A stretch of DNA of 64,000 nucleotides. Source: Candidatus Heimdallarchaeota archaeon (lineage in GTDB: Archaea > Asgardarchaeota > Heimdallarchaeia > Hodarchaeales > Hodarchaeaceae). The stretch covers positions 10,728 to 74,727 of the forward strand of contig JBHLSH010000008.1 in the NCBI GenBank assembly GCA_048881705.1, read 5' to 3'. Position numbers and translations under genes: made by a program. Shown here in pieces: positions 28,677 through 38,680 of the stretch; position 1 is the first letter of the stretch, and each line of letters begins with the position of its first letter. The notes beneath the pieces were generated by a model. The model was not told the DNA's origin. It made no database searches and saw nothing but the letters and a program-made list of their open reading frames with translations.

Positions 28677-28847
28677 GCTGAATACATCTCATTGGGTTTT
28701 CGATAATTTCTAAATCTCTGAATTTAATAATCCCAACCACCAACCTTATAGCTTGACTTACAAAAAATTGGAAGTCCCTTTTTCATCCCAAGTTAAACCT
28801 CTTCAATTTCTCAATTAATCCTGTTTGTAATACATGATCAAAACTCT

Positions 28848-29054
28848 TCAATCCTGTAGCTTGAAAAGAACCTTCAAGGCAACGAATCGATCGACTTCAT
28901 CATAGTAATGCTGGTTTTGTTCCCTCTTATCTTTGCCATGGGTGAATACACGAGTATCCAGCTCGACCTCATTATATATCTGATAAAAAATCGAGACTCT
29001 CTGCATTAAAGTCTCCACCAGGTCGGAGCTATTGATACCTGTAGCCATTTGCAT
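28848..29054 (-). CDS. Small hypothetical protein or gene fragment
   Basis: 68-aa ORF within a run of short same-strand ORFs. Confidence 0.3.
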   Translation of the reverse strand: MQMATGINSSDLVETLMQRVSIFYQIYNEVELDTRVFTHGKDKREQNQHYYDEVDRFVALKVLFKLQD

Positions 29055-29403
29055 ATTATTCTAGTAAATGGGTTAAAAAACTAGATAGGAACACTTCTCC
29101 GCAGAGTTGTGAAACATCACCGATGCGTATCCATTCTTTCTTCTCGATTGGTTCGGCAGCATCGTAACGCTTAATTTCCAGGCAGGTTTGAGTATAGTGT
29201 CCCTCGTAGAGATCTCGCATTATGGGATTAAATTTGAGAAAAAAAAACCCTTTTGGGAATTCTAAAGGTTTTCTCTTTATTCATGGTTCCCTCAAACCTC
29301 TAGACACCATTGAAGTCAGAGGGTATCCTCCAATAGGTTTATTGCTGTATTCCGAAATGGGAATACTTAAACCGGAAAAATCAGGAAATCTTCTTGAGGA
29401 GAT

Positions 29404-29727
29404 TTGGTTCTGAGGGCGAAAGAATTGTTACTAGAATCGGATTATTCGTTCGGTATTGGACATGTAATAAGTGTTTTTCTCTTTAGTGTCCCCTTTGGTT
29501 TCTTGACTGCTCTAATAATTGGAATAGCTTATTATCGTTTCAAGTGGCTTGATTACGGAGAGGAGGACAGACCTGACATTGGCGTTTCCGAACCCTTGGC
29601 AAACACCCAGATTGGAATCCACATTATATTTGAAAAATTATTACCTAATGGAAGATTTTACCTCCTAGGAGGATTTTTTTCACTACTTTGGCTGACCATT
29701 CTCTTGTCACCAATGCTATCGATGTAG
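29404..29727 (+). CDS. Hypothetical two-TM membrane protein
   Basis: Two hydrophobic segments (VISVFLFSVPFGFLTALIIGIAYY; YLLGGFFSLLWLTILLSPM). Confidence 0.4.
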   Translation: MVLRAKELLLESDYSFGIGHVISVFLFSVPFGFLTALIIGIAYYRFKWLDYGEEDRPDIGVSEPLANTQIGIHIIFEKLLPNGRFYLLGGFFSLLWLTILLSPMLSM

Positions 29728-30096
29728 GTATTGTGGAGGATATTTTGGAATGATAATTATCTTTAATAAAAGGGGATATGACATCCTTTTTTATTGCAAT
29801 AAACCGCTACAATGAAGTAAGAGTACCAAGAGGGCAGAAGGGGGTATTCGAGACAAAAGGGAGAGAATGGAAGGTTATATCGAAACGCAATCTGGACAAA
29901 CTGGAATTATAGCAAGAGGAGATCAGGTGGGAATCGGGGAAGGAATGATGGCAGCGGAGTAGCGAAACAGATCTTGGTATGAGATTATCTTCAAAGAAAG
30001 AAAAATCAAGCCAGATCCTGTATGATATGGCTCATCATTATTTAACTTCAGTACAGGCCCTTTAGGCGGTTTTTTGGCCTAAAAGGAGAAAATTCC

Positions 30097-30951
30097 TTGT
30101 CAAATGATTTCGAATATCTGAAGAAACTTAATTTCCTCCAACCTGAAGATCTAGATAGCTCTATCCAGGAAAATCTTCATCTCCAGGCAATTTGGGCGGA
30201 TGTGTTCTGGCGAAGGCGACATAATCACACCAAAAGAGAGGATCCTGAATTAAAATTTATTTTTGATAGGCCTGTCCGTCAACTGTTGGAAATCGGTGCT
30301 GGTTACGGCCGTATTTTACGGAAAATTGCCCATATTAACCAAAAAAGGCCCGATAAAACCAAGCTAGTTGGAATAGAGATCTGTTCGCATTTTAACAGAT
30401 ATTTTGATGTTTATCGGGAACAACACCCAGTTTTGAATGATGTCGAAATTCTATTTGATGATTTTTTAACAACCACAAAATTGAAAACGCACTCGTTCGA
30501 TGTGATTCTTCTACCCATGAACACGTTTCCCAATCTCCCGTTTAAAACGTTAAGGGCTCTTTTCAGTGCCGTCAAACGAGTATTACATAGTAAAGGTATA
30601 TGGATTTTTTCCACATACAAAATGCCTTCCGAGTCGATGCTTTTTGAGTTCATTGATAAGAGAAGTGGGTTTTTCAGAGAACTTCTGGGAGACCTAGGGG
30701 AGGAACCGATAGCAGCCGAGTATTATACCATGAAGGCCGAAAAAATGTCTTATGGGGCTCGAACTATAACATATATGTGCTATAATTCGTTTACTCGAGG
30801 ATATGAGTTAAAAAAACGGGAAATATTCCGGACTGTTCAAGAATATATACTCCCTGGCACCTTGGAAGAGCTAATTCTCAAAAATGGGTTTTCCATTGCC
30901 TTCCAAGATGAGTCGAGCCACTCAGCGATCTATGGACTAACCCCAGTTTAG
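30097..30951 (+). CDS. Class I SAM-dependent methyltransferase
   Basis: LLEIGAGYGRI, LVGIEI, FDVILLPMNTF. Confidence 0.82.
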   Translation: MSNDFEYLKKLNFLQPEDLDSSIQENLHLQAIWADVFWRRRHNHTKREDPELKFIFDRPVRQLLEIGAGYGRILRKIAHINQKRPDKTKLVGIEICSHFNRYFDVYREQHPVLNDVEILFDDFLTTTKLKTHSFDVILLPMNTFPNLPFKTLRALFSAVKRVLHSKGIWIFSTYKMPSESMLFEFIDKRSGFFRELLGDLGEEPIAAEYYTMKAEKMSYGARTITYMCYNSFTRGYELKKREIFRTVQEYILPGTLEELILKNGFSIAFQDESSHSAIYGLTPV

Positions 30952-31121
30952 GATAGCATTAGCGCTTGGAAATCTTAATACGAATCAAAAAGAAACCATC
31001 GGAAACATTTAGGGTAAATGCAGGTTCCTTAAGGTTCTCATGAGCTGGACATAAACTGATAGAAGGATGATATCCATAATCATGTAGAGAGAAGCGTTAA
31101 AATCCAGTGGGAGTTATTAAA

Positions 31122-31535
31122 CTACTTGGGAATTTGGTCAATCATCTTTTGCGCAGTCTTGAGGTAGGATAAGGCATCCTGCATTTGAAGTTGAAAATAG
31201 GCGTGGTGAGAGACTGGACGAAAACGCTCTAGATACCTCATTTGAGCTTCAATTTGCTTCAACGCTTTTTCTGACCTTTTCTTCAAGGATTTTAACCGAG
31301 ATTTTTCCGCTTCTTGCTTAGCTAACTCAAAGAGTTCTTTAGCCCTAATAAGATCGAAATCAGCACGTTTCAAATATCCTTGAAGAAGTAGAAGTTCAAT
31401 ATGGGCTCTAGATAAAGATTCCTTTAAATTCAGGCGCTGCAACTCCCTCATAACGAACCTGATTTCCCTCTCGTAGTAAAGTAATTTATTCGTTATTCTC
31501 GCAGGGTTTAGGTAATCGGTTGCCATCTTACTCAC
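31122..31535 (-). CDS. Small all-helical TPR-like protein
   Basis: ELLLLQGYLKRADFDLIRAKELFELAKQEAEK resembles a TPR helix pair; clear promoter upstream. Confidence 0.55.
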   Translation of the reverse strand: MSKMATDYLNPARITNKLLYYEREIRFVMRELQRLNLKESLSRAHIELLLLQGYLKRADFDLIRAKELFELAKQEAEKSRLKSLKKRSEKALKQIEAQMRYLERFRPVSHHAYFQLQMQDALSYLKTAQKMIDQIPK

Positions 31536-31611
31536 TTTTCGTTTTTGTTTCTCTCATCTAACCCAAATTCTCAATTTTTGTCTCGTTATTTCTCTATTAT
31601 CTGAAGGGTTT

Positions 31612-31664
31612 TGTCGTTATAATTATAATCATGTTATATTAATAACGACATATAAAGTTTTCCG
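31612..31664 (-). promoter_or_regulatory. BRE/TATA promoter with GTTAT-N21-ATAAC inverted repeat, copy 1
   Basis: Minus strand GGAAAACTTTATATGTCGTTAT...TAATTATAACGACA; 9-bp arms TGTCGTTAT/ATAACGACA. Confidence 0.65.
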
Positions 31665-32123
31665 TTTCTTGATCGTAACCTAATCACTACGATTGAGTTT
31701 GTAAACACCTCCCAGGGCTAGAAAGTGGGAATACAAACATCATCGCAAATTTCAACGCCAATTATCTACCTTGGGGATTCTTAATGAGAAATTTACCTTT
31801 TTTAGAAAAGATCTAGGATCTAAGAGCTTTAAAAAGACCCTTTGCTTTCATCAAATACTGAGGATCTGATTCTCGAGGTTTACGGGTTGTATCCTTTTGA
31901 TGCGGATACTCCCTCCCCCAGTTATGGATTTTTGATCCCTAGAAAACCCGTTTTGAAGGCCTTCACTTCTTGAGGATTTCTCGGGGCGGTACCCTCTTGG
32001 TGGCTCCACCGCTGCGTTCTACTGATAAATCTGAATATAAATAATCCAAAACTCTATGTCCCTCTCGGGCAATGAGGAGGGAAGAGATACTCCTATTCGA
32101 GATACTGATAGGGGATCTGGAAG

Positions 32124-32609
32124 TCATCTGTCATTTCCACCCGTTGTTTCGGTTTGCGATGAGGCTGTTTTCTTTTCATGAGGTACGAATAGGCACATCT
32201 CCCGTACGTACCGAAGCACATCGAAATCAGTCAGAAATTGGCCATTGTAAACCGTATCTTGAATAAAACTTCCAATATGCTTGATTTCTAGGATTTCTCT
32301 GTAATCTCTGGTTTCTTTGATGTAATTCTTCCATCTTGCAATTTGATCTGCGAGAATCTGTCGTTCTTTAGCAACCTGTGATGCTATCATCTGAAAATTG
32401 TTTTCCTCAGCAATAGAATAGGCCCTTTGTAAAAGAATTTGGGCCTTGTTGATACCGAATTCGAAGAGAGCCAGCTTGGATTGGAGCATTAACGAGTCAG
32501 CTAGCAATTGAAAATAATACTGGGAGCGTGGATTGATTAAAGAAGATTCATGGAGGCAATCACCAGTTTCCCTAGGATCAATCAATGATAATTGATGATC
32601 TATAGTCAC
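32124..32609 (-). CDS. Small all-helical TPR-like protein
   Basis: LADSLMLQSKLALFEFGINKAQILLQRAYSIAEENN; distantly similar to 31122-31535; GTG start. Confidence 0.58.
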   Translation of the reverse strand: MTIDHQLSLIDPRETGDCLHESSLINPRSQYYFQLLADSLMLQSKLALFEFGINKAQILLQRAYSIAEENNFQMIASQVAKERQILADQIARWKNYIKETRDYREILEIKHIGSFIQDTVYNGQFLTDFDVLRYVREMCLFVPHEKKTASSQTETTGGNDR

Positions 32610-32782
32610 TTTACCAATCCAACTTTTTCTCTCTTTATTCCGTAAATCAATCTGTTTGCGCCCTTAACTCTTACAGGATAAAGGGAAAACTCTTCAATTG
32701 TACATACCTAACTGCATTGGGCTAAATCTGATGGAGTTTTCGTTTTTTATCTCGTCTTCCAGCTCAGATCGAACGAATTTGA

Positions 32783-32832
32783 TGTTATAATTATAAAGAT
32801 GATAAAGGGATAACACCATATAAAAGTTTCCA
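32783..32832 (-). promoter_or_regulatory. BRE/TATA promoter with GTTAT-N21-ATAAC, copy 2
   Basis: Minus strand GGAAACTTTTATATGGTGTTAT...TAATTATAACATC. Confidence 0.65.
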
Positions 32833-32995
32833 TTTTTCAAACCGCGCTAAAATCTCCCTTTTATGCACTAATTACCCTAATTATCCATTCGAATATAGAA
32901 AAACCAGGTCGCTTGATCATATTATATTTATAAGCGCCTTAAGATAATCAATCCAATTTTATTATCTCTAAATTCATCTTCTGGGCGAAAATTGT

Positions 32996-34123
32996 CTAAA
33001 AAGCAGTGTTCACGTTCAAAAACGGGAAGGAGTCATGGGCAATCTTGTTCAATGCATCATATTCTTCGGTTGAGAATCTTCCCTCTGACGCCGCCTTAAA
33101 CGCAGCAGCAAAACGCTTGGAGAAGATATCCAACGAATTGTTTAGGGCTTTTGACGTGGAAGACGTAACAATTATGCAGCTTATGCTCTCTTGCCGATTT
33201 ATCAAGAGAACCGAGTCTGCCAAATGGAGTTCATGGAGGCCCAAAGAGAGAGCATCAATGACTGCACTCATCCCTGGATAGAGAGTGTCTAAACCTTTAT
33301 CATCCTTTGCGATCAAGCTATACGTGAAAAGGGGTTTTTTTGTTCTTGTACTGATTACCACCAGCTGAGATGTCTTAAATGGCAGAATAAACAGGAGTTT
33401 AGATTCTGAGACAAAGGCAATCATAAATAAAATGGTTCCTAGTAAATCCAAGGTTTCTATAAGTCCAATATCCTGGGGAACTATTCGTGTGAGGATCATC
33501 AGTTGGGCCAAAAGATGACAAACTGCACCAATCATAGCCATACTAACCGTTGCTTTCAAATCCTTCGTGGAGTATACATAAAGGCTCCCAGTAAATATAA
33601 GCAATAAAAGGGCCCTTAATATCCAAAAACCGATTTGAATGTATTGAAGTTCGATTGATACTGTCTTCGCTTGTACTCCTGGAAGTAATGCAAAAACCAC
33701 CATCAATGTGGCAAGAATTCCATAAACAATGATTTTGATAGGATCGTACGTTGTTCGTATTGCCGAATCCACGAAGACAACTCGGAATACAGTAAATCCA
33801 GTAACGCTGAAAAAACCAATAAAGCCAACAACAGCAGCCAAATTCATGGATACGACATTTCCCGTGGCTGTAGTTTTCATAAGCGGAATACCTATGTCAG
33901 TCATCAAAATATTTAGTGATAGACTATTGGGATCAATTGCCAACAATAATAACTGAAATCCGAATAGGAAAAGCCAGGCAAAAAGACCGAAAAAATCTAA
34001 TGAAAGCCAGAGGAATTGACGGTAGCCTGTCTTGAGCCATCTTCGAAATCCTACTGTTAGTATTATAGCTGAATTAAAAGCGTGGAATAAAGTGATCATA
34101 GAACCGACTAATAGGTCTTCCAA
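32996..34123 (-). CDS. 7TM membrane protein with C-terminal longin-like domain
   Basis: Seven hydrophobic segments, then LLFILPFKTSQLVVI..KPLFTY..DTLYPGMSAVIDAL..ELHL..VLLI..ISCIIVT..L..F..RF, a longin-like pattern by eye. Confidence 0.7.
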   Translation of the reverse strand: MEDLLVGSMITLFHAFNSAIILTVGFRRWLKTGYRQFLWLSLDFFGLFAWLFLFGFQLLLLAIDPNSLSLNILMTDIGIPLMKTTATGNVVSMNLAAVVGFIGFFSVTGFTVFRVVFVDSAIRTTYDPIKIIVYGILATLMVVFALLPGVQAKTVSIELQYIQIGFWILRALLLLIFTGSLYVYSTKDLKATVSMAMIGAVCHLLAQLMILTRIVPQDIGLIETLDLLGTILFMIAFVSESKLLFILPFKTSQLVVISTRTKKPLFTYSLIAKDDKGLDTLYPGMSAVIDALSLGLHELHLADSVLLINRQESISCIIVTSSTSKALNNSLDIFSKRFAAAFKAASEGRFSTEEYDALNKIAHDSFPFLNVNTAF

Positions 34124-34334
34124 TTTTCCAATCTCCTTACATTCGTATTTAGGTTCAATTCTGAGACAGAATTGCCTGTGTTTGGTGTTCTGGTTAGCTA
34201 TGGTTACGTAATTGAACCCCTCCTAAGCGGCAAAACGAATACTTTCCCCAATGATATCCACCGTGTGTTATACCAAATGTAAACATGCCATCAACTTAGA
34301 AAAGGAACAATTTACATACCCCACGATCTATTTG

Positions 34335-34385
34335 GGTGTTATAATTACACCGATGTAGTATGGATAACTGATATAAAAACTTACC
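34335..34385 (-). promoter_or_regulatory. BRE/TATA promoter with GTTAT-N21-ATAAC, copy 3
   Basis: Minus strand GGTAAGTTTTTATATCAGTTAT...TAATTATAACACC. Confidence 0.62.
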
Positions 34386-34415
34386 TCCTTCCTCGTATGG
34401 CAACGGTTTCTCTTA

Positions 34416-35543
34416 TCATATAACGGAATAAAGGGGAACAACTGGAAAAATTTCATGAACTATTTGATTCACGGCGCCATACTCCTCAGCTGAGAAGTCT
34501 GTCTTTGGTAATACGTCAAAGAGCGCTGCAAAACGTCTAGAGAAGATGTCCAAGGAATTTTTCATAGCTCTAGATGTGTCCGAAGTAACTATTATACAAC
34601 TTATCCCTTTTTGTCTATTTATGAGGAGAACTGCGTCTTCCAGGTGGAGTTCGTGAACGCCCGAGGAGAGAGCGTCCAAAACGGCAATCATACCTGGATA
34701 AAAGACATCTAAATGCTGATCTCTTTGCGCAGTCCAGCTATATGAAAAAAGTGGCTTTTTTGTGTCTGTGTTGATTACTACTAGTTGCGATGTCTTAAAT
34801 GGTAGAATAAACAGAAGTCTCGGTTCAGAGATAAAAGCAATCATAAAGAAGAAAGATCCAAGTAAATACGTGACTTCTACAAGCCCGATATTCAATGGTA
34901 GAAGTTGTGTTAAAATCATAATCTGGGCAAGGAGGTATGTAATGGCCCCCATCATTGCGATGCCGGCTTTAGTCTTTAAATCCTTTGTAGAGTTCATAAA
35001 GAGGTTCCCGGTATAAATGAGCAATAGAAGGGCTCTTAGTATCCAAAAACCGATTTGAATGTACTGGAGATAAATGGACACAGTTAGTGCTTCCACTCCA
35101 GGAAGTAGGGCGAAAACTACCATCAATGTGGCAATAATTCCATAAACGATGATCTTAATGGGATCATATGTTGTACGATGCGCGGAATCCACCAAAAGGA
35201 CTAGAAATATTGTAAATCCAGTGACGCTGAAGAAGCCTGCAAATCCTAGGACATCAGCGAGCCTCATGGAGACGAGCTCCCCCGTTACCGTGGTTTTCAT
35301 AAGAGGAATTCCTATATCGGTCATCAGGAAATTAATTGAGAGACCATTGGGATCTATTGTCACTAGTAGTAACTGCAAACCCACCAAAAAGAACCAGGCA
35401 AAAAGACCAAAAAAATCCAGAGAAAGTAACAGGAATTGCCGGTAGCGTGTGTCAAACCATCTTCTAAATCCAAAGAAAAGAATTATCAGTATTATAAAAG
35501 AGTGGAACAAAGTTATGCTGGAAATAAAAAGTAAATCTGCCAT
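34416..35543 (-). CDS. 7TM membrane protein with C-terminal longin-like domain, tandem paralog
   Basis: Colinear with 32996-34123. ATG at 35543 (MADLL versus MEDLL) gives the identical 1128-bp length. Confidence 0.7.
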   Translation of the reverse strand: MADLLFISSITLFHSFIILIILFFGFRRWFDTRYRQFLLLSLDFFGLFAWFFLVGLQLLLVTIDPNGLSINFLMTDIGIPLMKTTVTGELVSMRLADVLGFAGFFSVTGFTIFLVLLVDSAHRTTYDPIKIIVYGIIATLMVVFALLPGVEALTVSIYLQYIQIGFWILRALLLLIYTGNLFMNSTKDLKTKAGIAMMGAITYLLAQIMILTQLLPLNIGLVEVTYLLGSFFFMIAFISEPRLLFILPFKTSQLVVINTDTKKPLFSYSWTAQRDQHLDVFYPGMIAVLDALSSGVHELHLEDAVLLINRQKGISCIIVTSDTSRAMKNSLDIFSRRFAALFDVLPKTDFSAEEYGAVNQIVHEIFPVVPLYSVI

Positions 35544-35625
35544 CTTTTCCAATTCCCCAAACAATTAAGTTTCGGAATTTCTTTCTGAATTTGCAAAATT
35601 TTTTGGTGCAATTGTTTTAAAATTG

Positions 35626-36699
35626 TTACCGTGATACTCGTAATCTATCGAGAATATGATCTTGAATCATTTTACAGCTATTTTCATCAAGTGATTCAAC
35701 ATCTTTTAAGGCGGCAGTAGCAGTTTGTAACGACTCCATTATATCTCTTCTTCTTTTCTCGAATATTGGCTGTAAATCTTGATTGTATACCAATAAGAAT
35801 ACAATTGGTATCTGCATTAGGTTCTTTATAATACGAGGATCAACTGAGGACTTATCAATCAATTTCGTCCAATAGATTTCGAAAATCCAATTCTCACGAG
35901 TATTTTCCTTTCCTAGTATAGGAAATGGGCCGTATAGAGTATTCAGCTTGTCGGGCTGATACATTCGCCCGCTATAGGTTAAGCTTGATAGGATTTCGGA
36001 ATCATCTATCTTATCGGTTAGAAGGTCATTCTTCTGTTCGATCCTAATCCCCCGATTTTCATCAAATAATCCAATTGCTATCCCAAGTGGCAACTGCTCT
36101 CCTCCTTTTGCAGATATTCCTATCGGACCGGATTCCTGTCTTCTTCTATAAAATGCGGGAAGAAAGAGAACCAAGAATATTAGTCCTACGACAACCAATA
36201 TAACACCAATCACTACCATCAACGGAATTTCATGCTGAAATTCAACTTGAATGATGGCCTCACTGACAAGTCCTTCCGAACACTCTGCGGTAACTCGAAG
36301 CTGAACAATTCCATCGATAATAAACGGTAAATCCCAAGTGAATTTAGTACTACCTTCTACAGTTGCAATGAAATTCCAAACATGGCTTAAAGGCCCTGGT
36401 TCTTCTGCAAACCAAAAATAGTTGAGCGAATATGTGAACTCATGCCCTAGGGTATCGGCAGCAGCAATCCATTCAACACGTACGCTTTCAAAAAAATAAG
36501 TGATTTTTGACCCATTAATTGGCAATATAATGATGGGATCAGTTACGGTATGCGGTTCTTGTGCTATTTTTGGAGCAATCCTATAAGATGGTGAAATAAA
36601 GGATGTTGAAACAGGATCGGGTTGGGCAGCAAGGAATCCTGAATAGAGAATGATTGTCAGGATTATATTGGTTATAGTTAACAGAAGGATCCTGCGCAT
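35626..36699 (-). CDS. Type I membrane protein: signal peptide, Ig/FN3-like ectodomain, one TM, cytoplasmic uDENN/longin-like domain
   Basis: Signal MRRILLLTITNIILTIILYSGFLAA; beta-rich domain (EW..A.D.LGH..TYS..W..TWD..DG..LRVTAECSEGL); TM IPLMVVIGVILVVVGLIFLVLFLPAFYRRR; GIAIGLFDENRG, LYGPFP, DPRI. Confidence 0.68.
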   Translation of the reverse strand: MRRILLLTITNIILTIILYSGFLAAQPDPVSTSFISPSYRIAPKIAQEPHTVTDPIIILPINGSKITYFFESVRVEWIAAADTLGHEFTYSLNYFWFAEEPGPLSHVWNFIATVEGSTKFTWDLPFIIDGIVQLRVTAECSEGLVSEAIIQVEFQHEIPLMVVIGVILVVVGLIFLVLFLPAFYRRRQESGPIGISAKGGEQLPLGIAIGLFDENRGIRIEQKNDLLTDKIDDSEILSSLTYSGRMYQPDKLNTLYGPFPILGKENTRENWIFEIYWTKLIDKSSVDPRIIKNLMQIPIVFLLVYNQDLQPIFEKRRRDIMESLQTATAALKDVESLDENSCKMIQDHILDRLRVSR

Positions 36700-36724
36700 A
36701 CAGATCTCTCGATATCAGAATGGT

Positions 36725-37414
36725 CTATAAAAGTGATAAAAGATGGACTTCATTCTGAATAATGTCAATATCGCTTATAATCTCGTTGAAATCTACAAGT
36801 CTATCTCTCAATTTTTCAAGGTAGCTTGAAAAGACTTCCTTTCGACCGATTATTCGTGATTCAAAGTGTTTTGGATAGTGTATCAAGAAGATTGCAAGTG
36901 GATCGGTATTTTTAAAGGTTGTTTGTTTAGAAAATTTAAATCCGTAAGAAAAATAGTCGAAGGCAGGAAAGGATGAAGTAGATTGGCTAACGCTTCGATT
37001 CATATTTTGACTGTCTATGGGGAATGGCCCATATAACTGGTCAGTCTTCCCCTGTAAATAAAACACAGCACTATATTCCAATAGGCTCTTGATGTAATGA
37101 TCAGGAAAATTACACCGTTCACTTTTGGCTAGAAGCTTCATTCTATCATTCATGAGAACTCCAAAAGCGATTCCTATTTCCATCACTTTTTGGTGCGTTT
37201 CAGATTGGATAGCGTCCGTTTGCTGTATTTTTGAGTTAAGCATAAACTGGTAGAATATAATTGGCGTAGACCCCATTAAAACCAGAAGAATTATCCATGA
37301 AAATGATTCTAGCGTCGCCTCGTCGAAAATCATGAGACCATGCAAAATTGCAATCAGAATGATAATCGCTGTAGCAGAACCAATAATCAATACGTATAGA
37401 GGTGGCCTTTCCAT
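36725..37414 (-). CDS. Two-TM membrane protein with the same cytoplasmic domain as 35626-36699
   Basis: Two N-terminal TMs; GIAFG, SLLEYS, LYGPFPI, PLAIFLIHY align with the neighbour. Confidence 0.68.
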   Translation of the reverse strand: MERPPLYVLIIGSATAIIILIAILHGLMIFDEATLESFSWIILLVLMGSTPIIFYQFMLNSKIQQTDAIQSETHQKVMEIGIAFGVLMNDRMKLLAKSERCNFPDHYIKSLLEYSAVFYLQGKTDQLYGPFPIDSQNMNRSVSQSTSSFPAFDYFSYGFKFSKQTTFKNTDPLAIFLIHYPKHFESRIIGRKEVFSSYLEKLRDRLVDFNEIISDIDIIQNEVHLLSLL

Positions 37415-37558
37415 AACAATCTCCAGTGTAGGATAAGTTTGCCTCTTGGAAACACAATAAGAGCTTTTTCCTAATAAAATGAATTTAACATTTCGATCTT
37501 TTGTGATAACGAAAATTGGCTATATATTTATAACATCTAACAACCCCGTTCGATAATA

Positions 37559-38680
37559 ATGGTCGCTCTCCCACAGGATCTCAAAGATTCCATTCCCTTT
37601 GAACCTATGATAGAAGATCTTTATGGAGAACACGTTAACGAGCAACATGCTCGAATACTCGCCGTCATGTTTAAACTTGGAGGGTACACCACTCTAAATA
37701 CTCTACCTGGAATTTTAAAAATCAAACAGCCAACAGTTAGCATACGGGTTGACGAACTCGTTAAGATGGGGCTAATAAGAAAAAACACCGAATTAATGCC
37801 AATGTCTATCGTCCTGCTTTTATCCCCCGAGGCGTTACGTCGGAAAAATCAGGATCGAATTCAGAAAGTTCGTTATGCATCGGAATTCCTTCTAAAGATT
37901 TCCGAAGTGGAAGAAAAGACCCCGAGTGGAGAATTAATACAAAGGGCACTAGACATACTATTCCCAAGGGAAAAAGAAGTAGCTGCGATCCTTGCACGAT
38001 CGTATATATCTCCCGAGGAATTGATTGAGTATCATGATTCACCGGATATGGTCTCAGCGTATATTCACCTCTTTACTCAGAAGCGGAAAAAACCCCTTAT
38101 CCGGTTTTCCAGACCTGCACTTCCTCTAAACCTTTGCGTGAAAAGCAGGCTTAGCTATCATGAAGCCTTGCATGAGTATTACGATTTTCTGATTGATGAC
38201 CTAGCAAATTATTTCTTGGAAGAACACGTATCAGTCATACCACACCAATTGTTGCGATTTCCTTCTGAAATTAAGAATAGGATTGACACATGTTTGAAGC
38301 ATTATCAGGAGATCCGAATAATAGACAATAACGTGTTTAAATCAAAAGATGGAAAGATGGGTATCGTAGATCTAGTTGTTAGCTCAGAAAGTTTTAAGAA
38401 GCCCTCTTCTTCAGGGGATAACCATGTGGTCAAGGTCATTTCCCAAGAAAAGCACAAACGAGAATTCGATGGCGAAAAAGCATTCAGTTTTCGGTATGTC
38501 CAATTGGTTGACGAGGTCAGCCGCGATTATACGACACGTGACTTCTTAATTTTTGGACAACACGGTTGTTTGGTAATACCTTCCCGAGAAAACATTGTGG
38601 CTTATTACAACATTACGCCGTCTTTTACTGACACCATATCAGAGATATTTGAAAAATATTGGAGTTCCGAAAATGCTTAG
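37559..38680 (+). CDS. TrmB-like transcriptional regulator
   Basis: N-terminal wHTH (KIKQPTVSIRVDELVKMGLIRK); C-terminal PLD-like effector pattern (IRIIDN..DFLIF..CLVI..FEKYW). Confidence 0.65.
   Translation: MVALPQDLKDSIPFEPMIEDLYGEHVNEQHARILAVMFKLGGYTTLNTLPGILKIKQPTVSIRVDELVKMGLIRKNTELMPMSIVLLLSPEALRRKNQDRIQKVRYASEFLLKISEVEEKTPSGELIQRALDILFPREKEVAAILARSYISPEELIEYHDSPDMVSAYIHLFTQKRKKPLIRFSRPALPLNLCVKSRLSYHEALHEYYDFLIDDLANYFLEEHVSVIPHQLLRFPSEIKNRIDTCLKHYQEIRIIDNNVFKSKDGKMGIVDLVVSSESFKKPSSSGDNHVVKVISQEKHKREFDGEKAFSFRYVQLVDEVSRDYTTRDFLIFGQHGCLVIPSRENIVAYYNITPSFTDTISEIFEKYWSSENA

Noticed and set aside
29730-30095. Purine-rich spacer with short ORFs and a small hairpin (about 30058-30086) as a possible ncRNA
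   Set aside because: No extended pairing or known RNA motif; the ORFs are under 45 aa with no features.
31700-32120. Slightly GC-richer spacer as a possible pseudogene
   Set aside because: All frames are interrupted and I recognised no protein motif.
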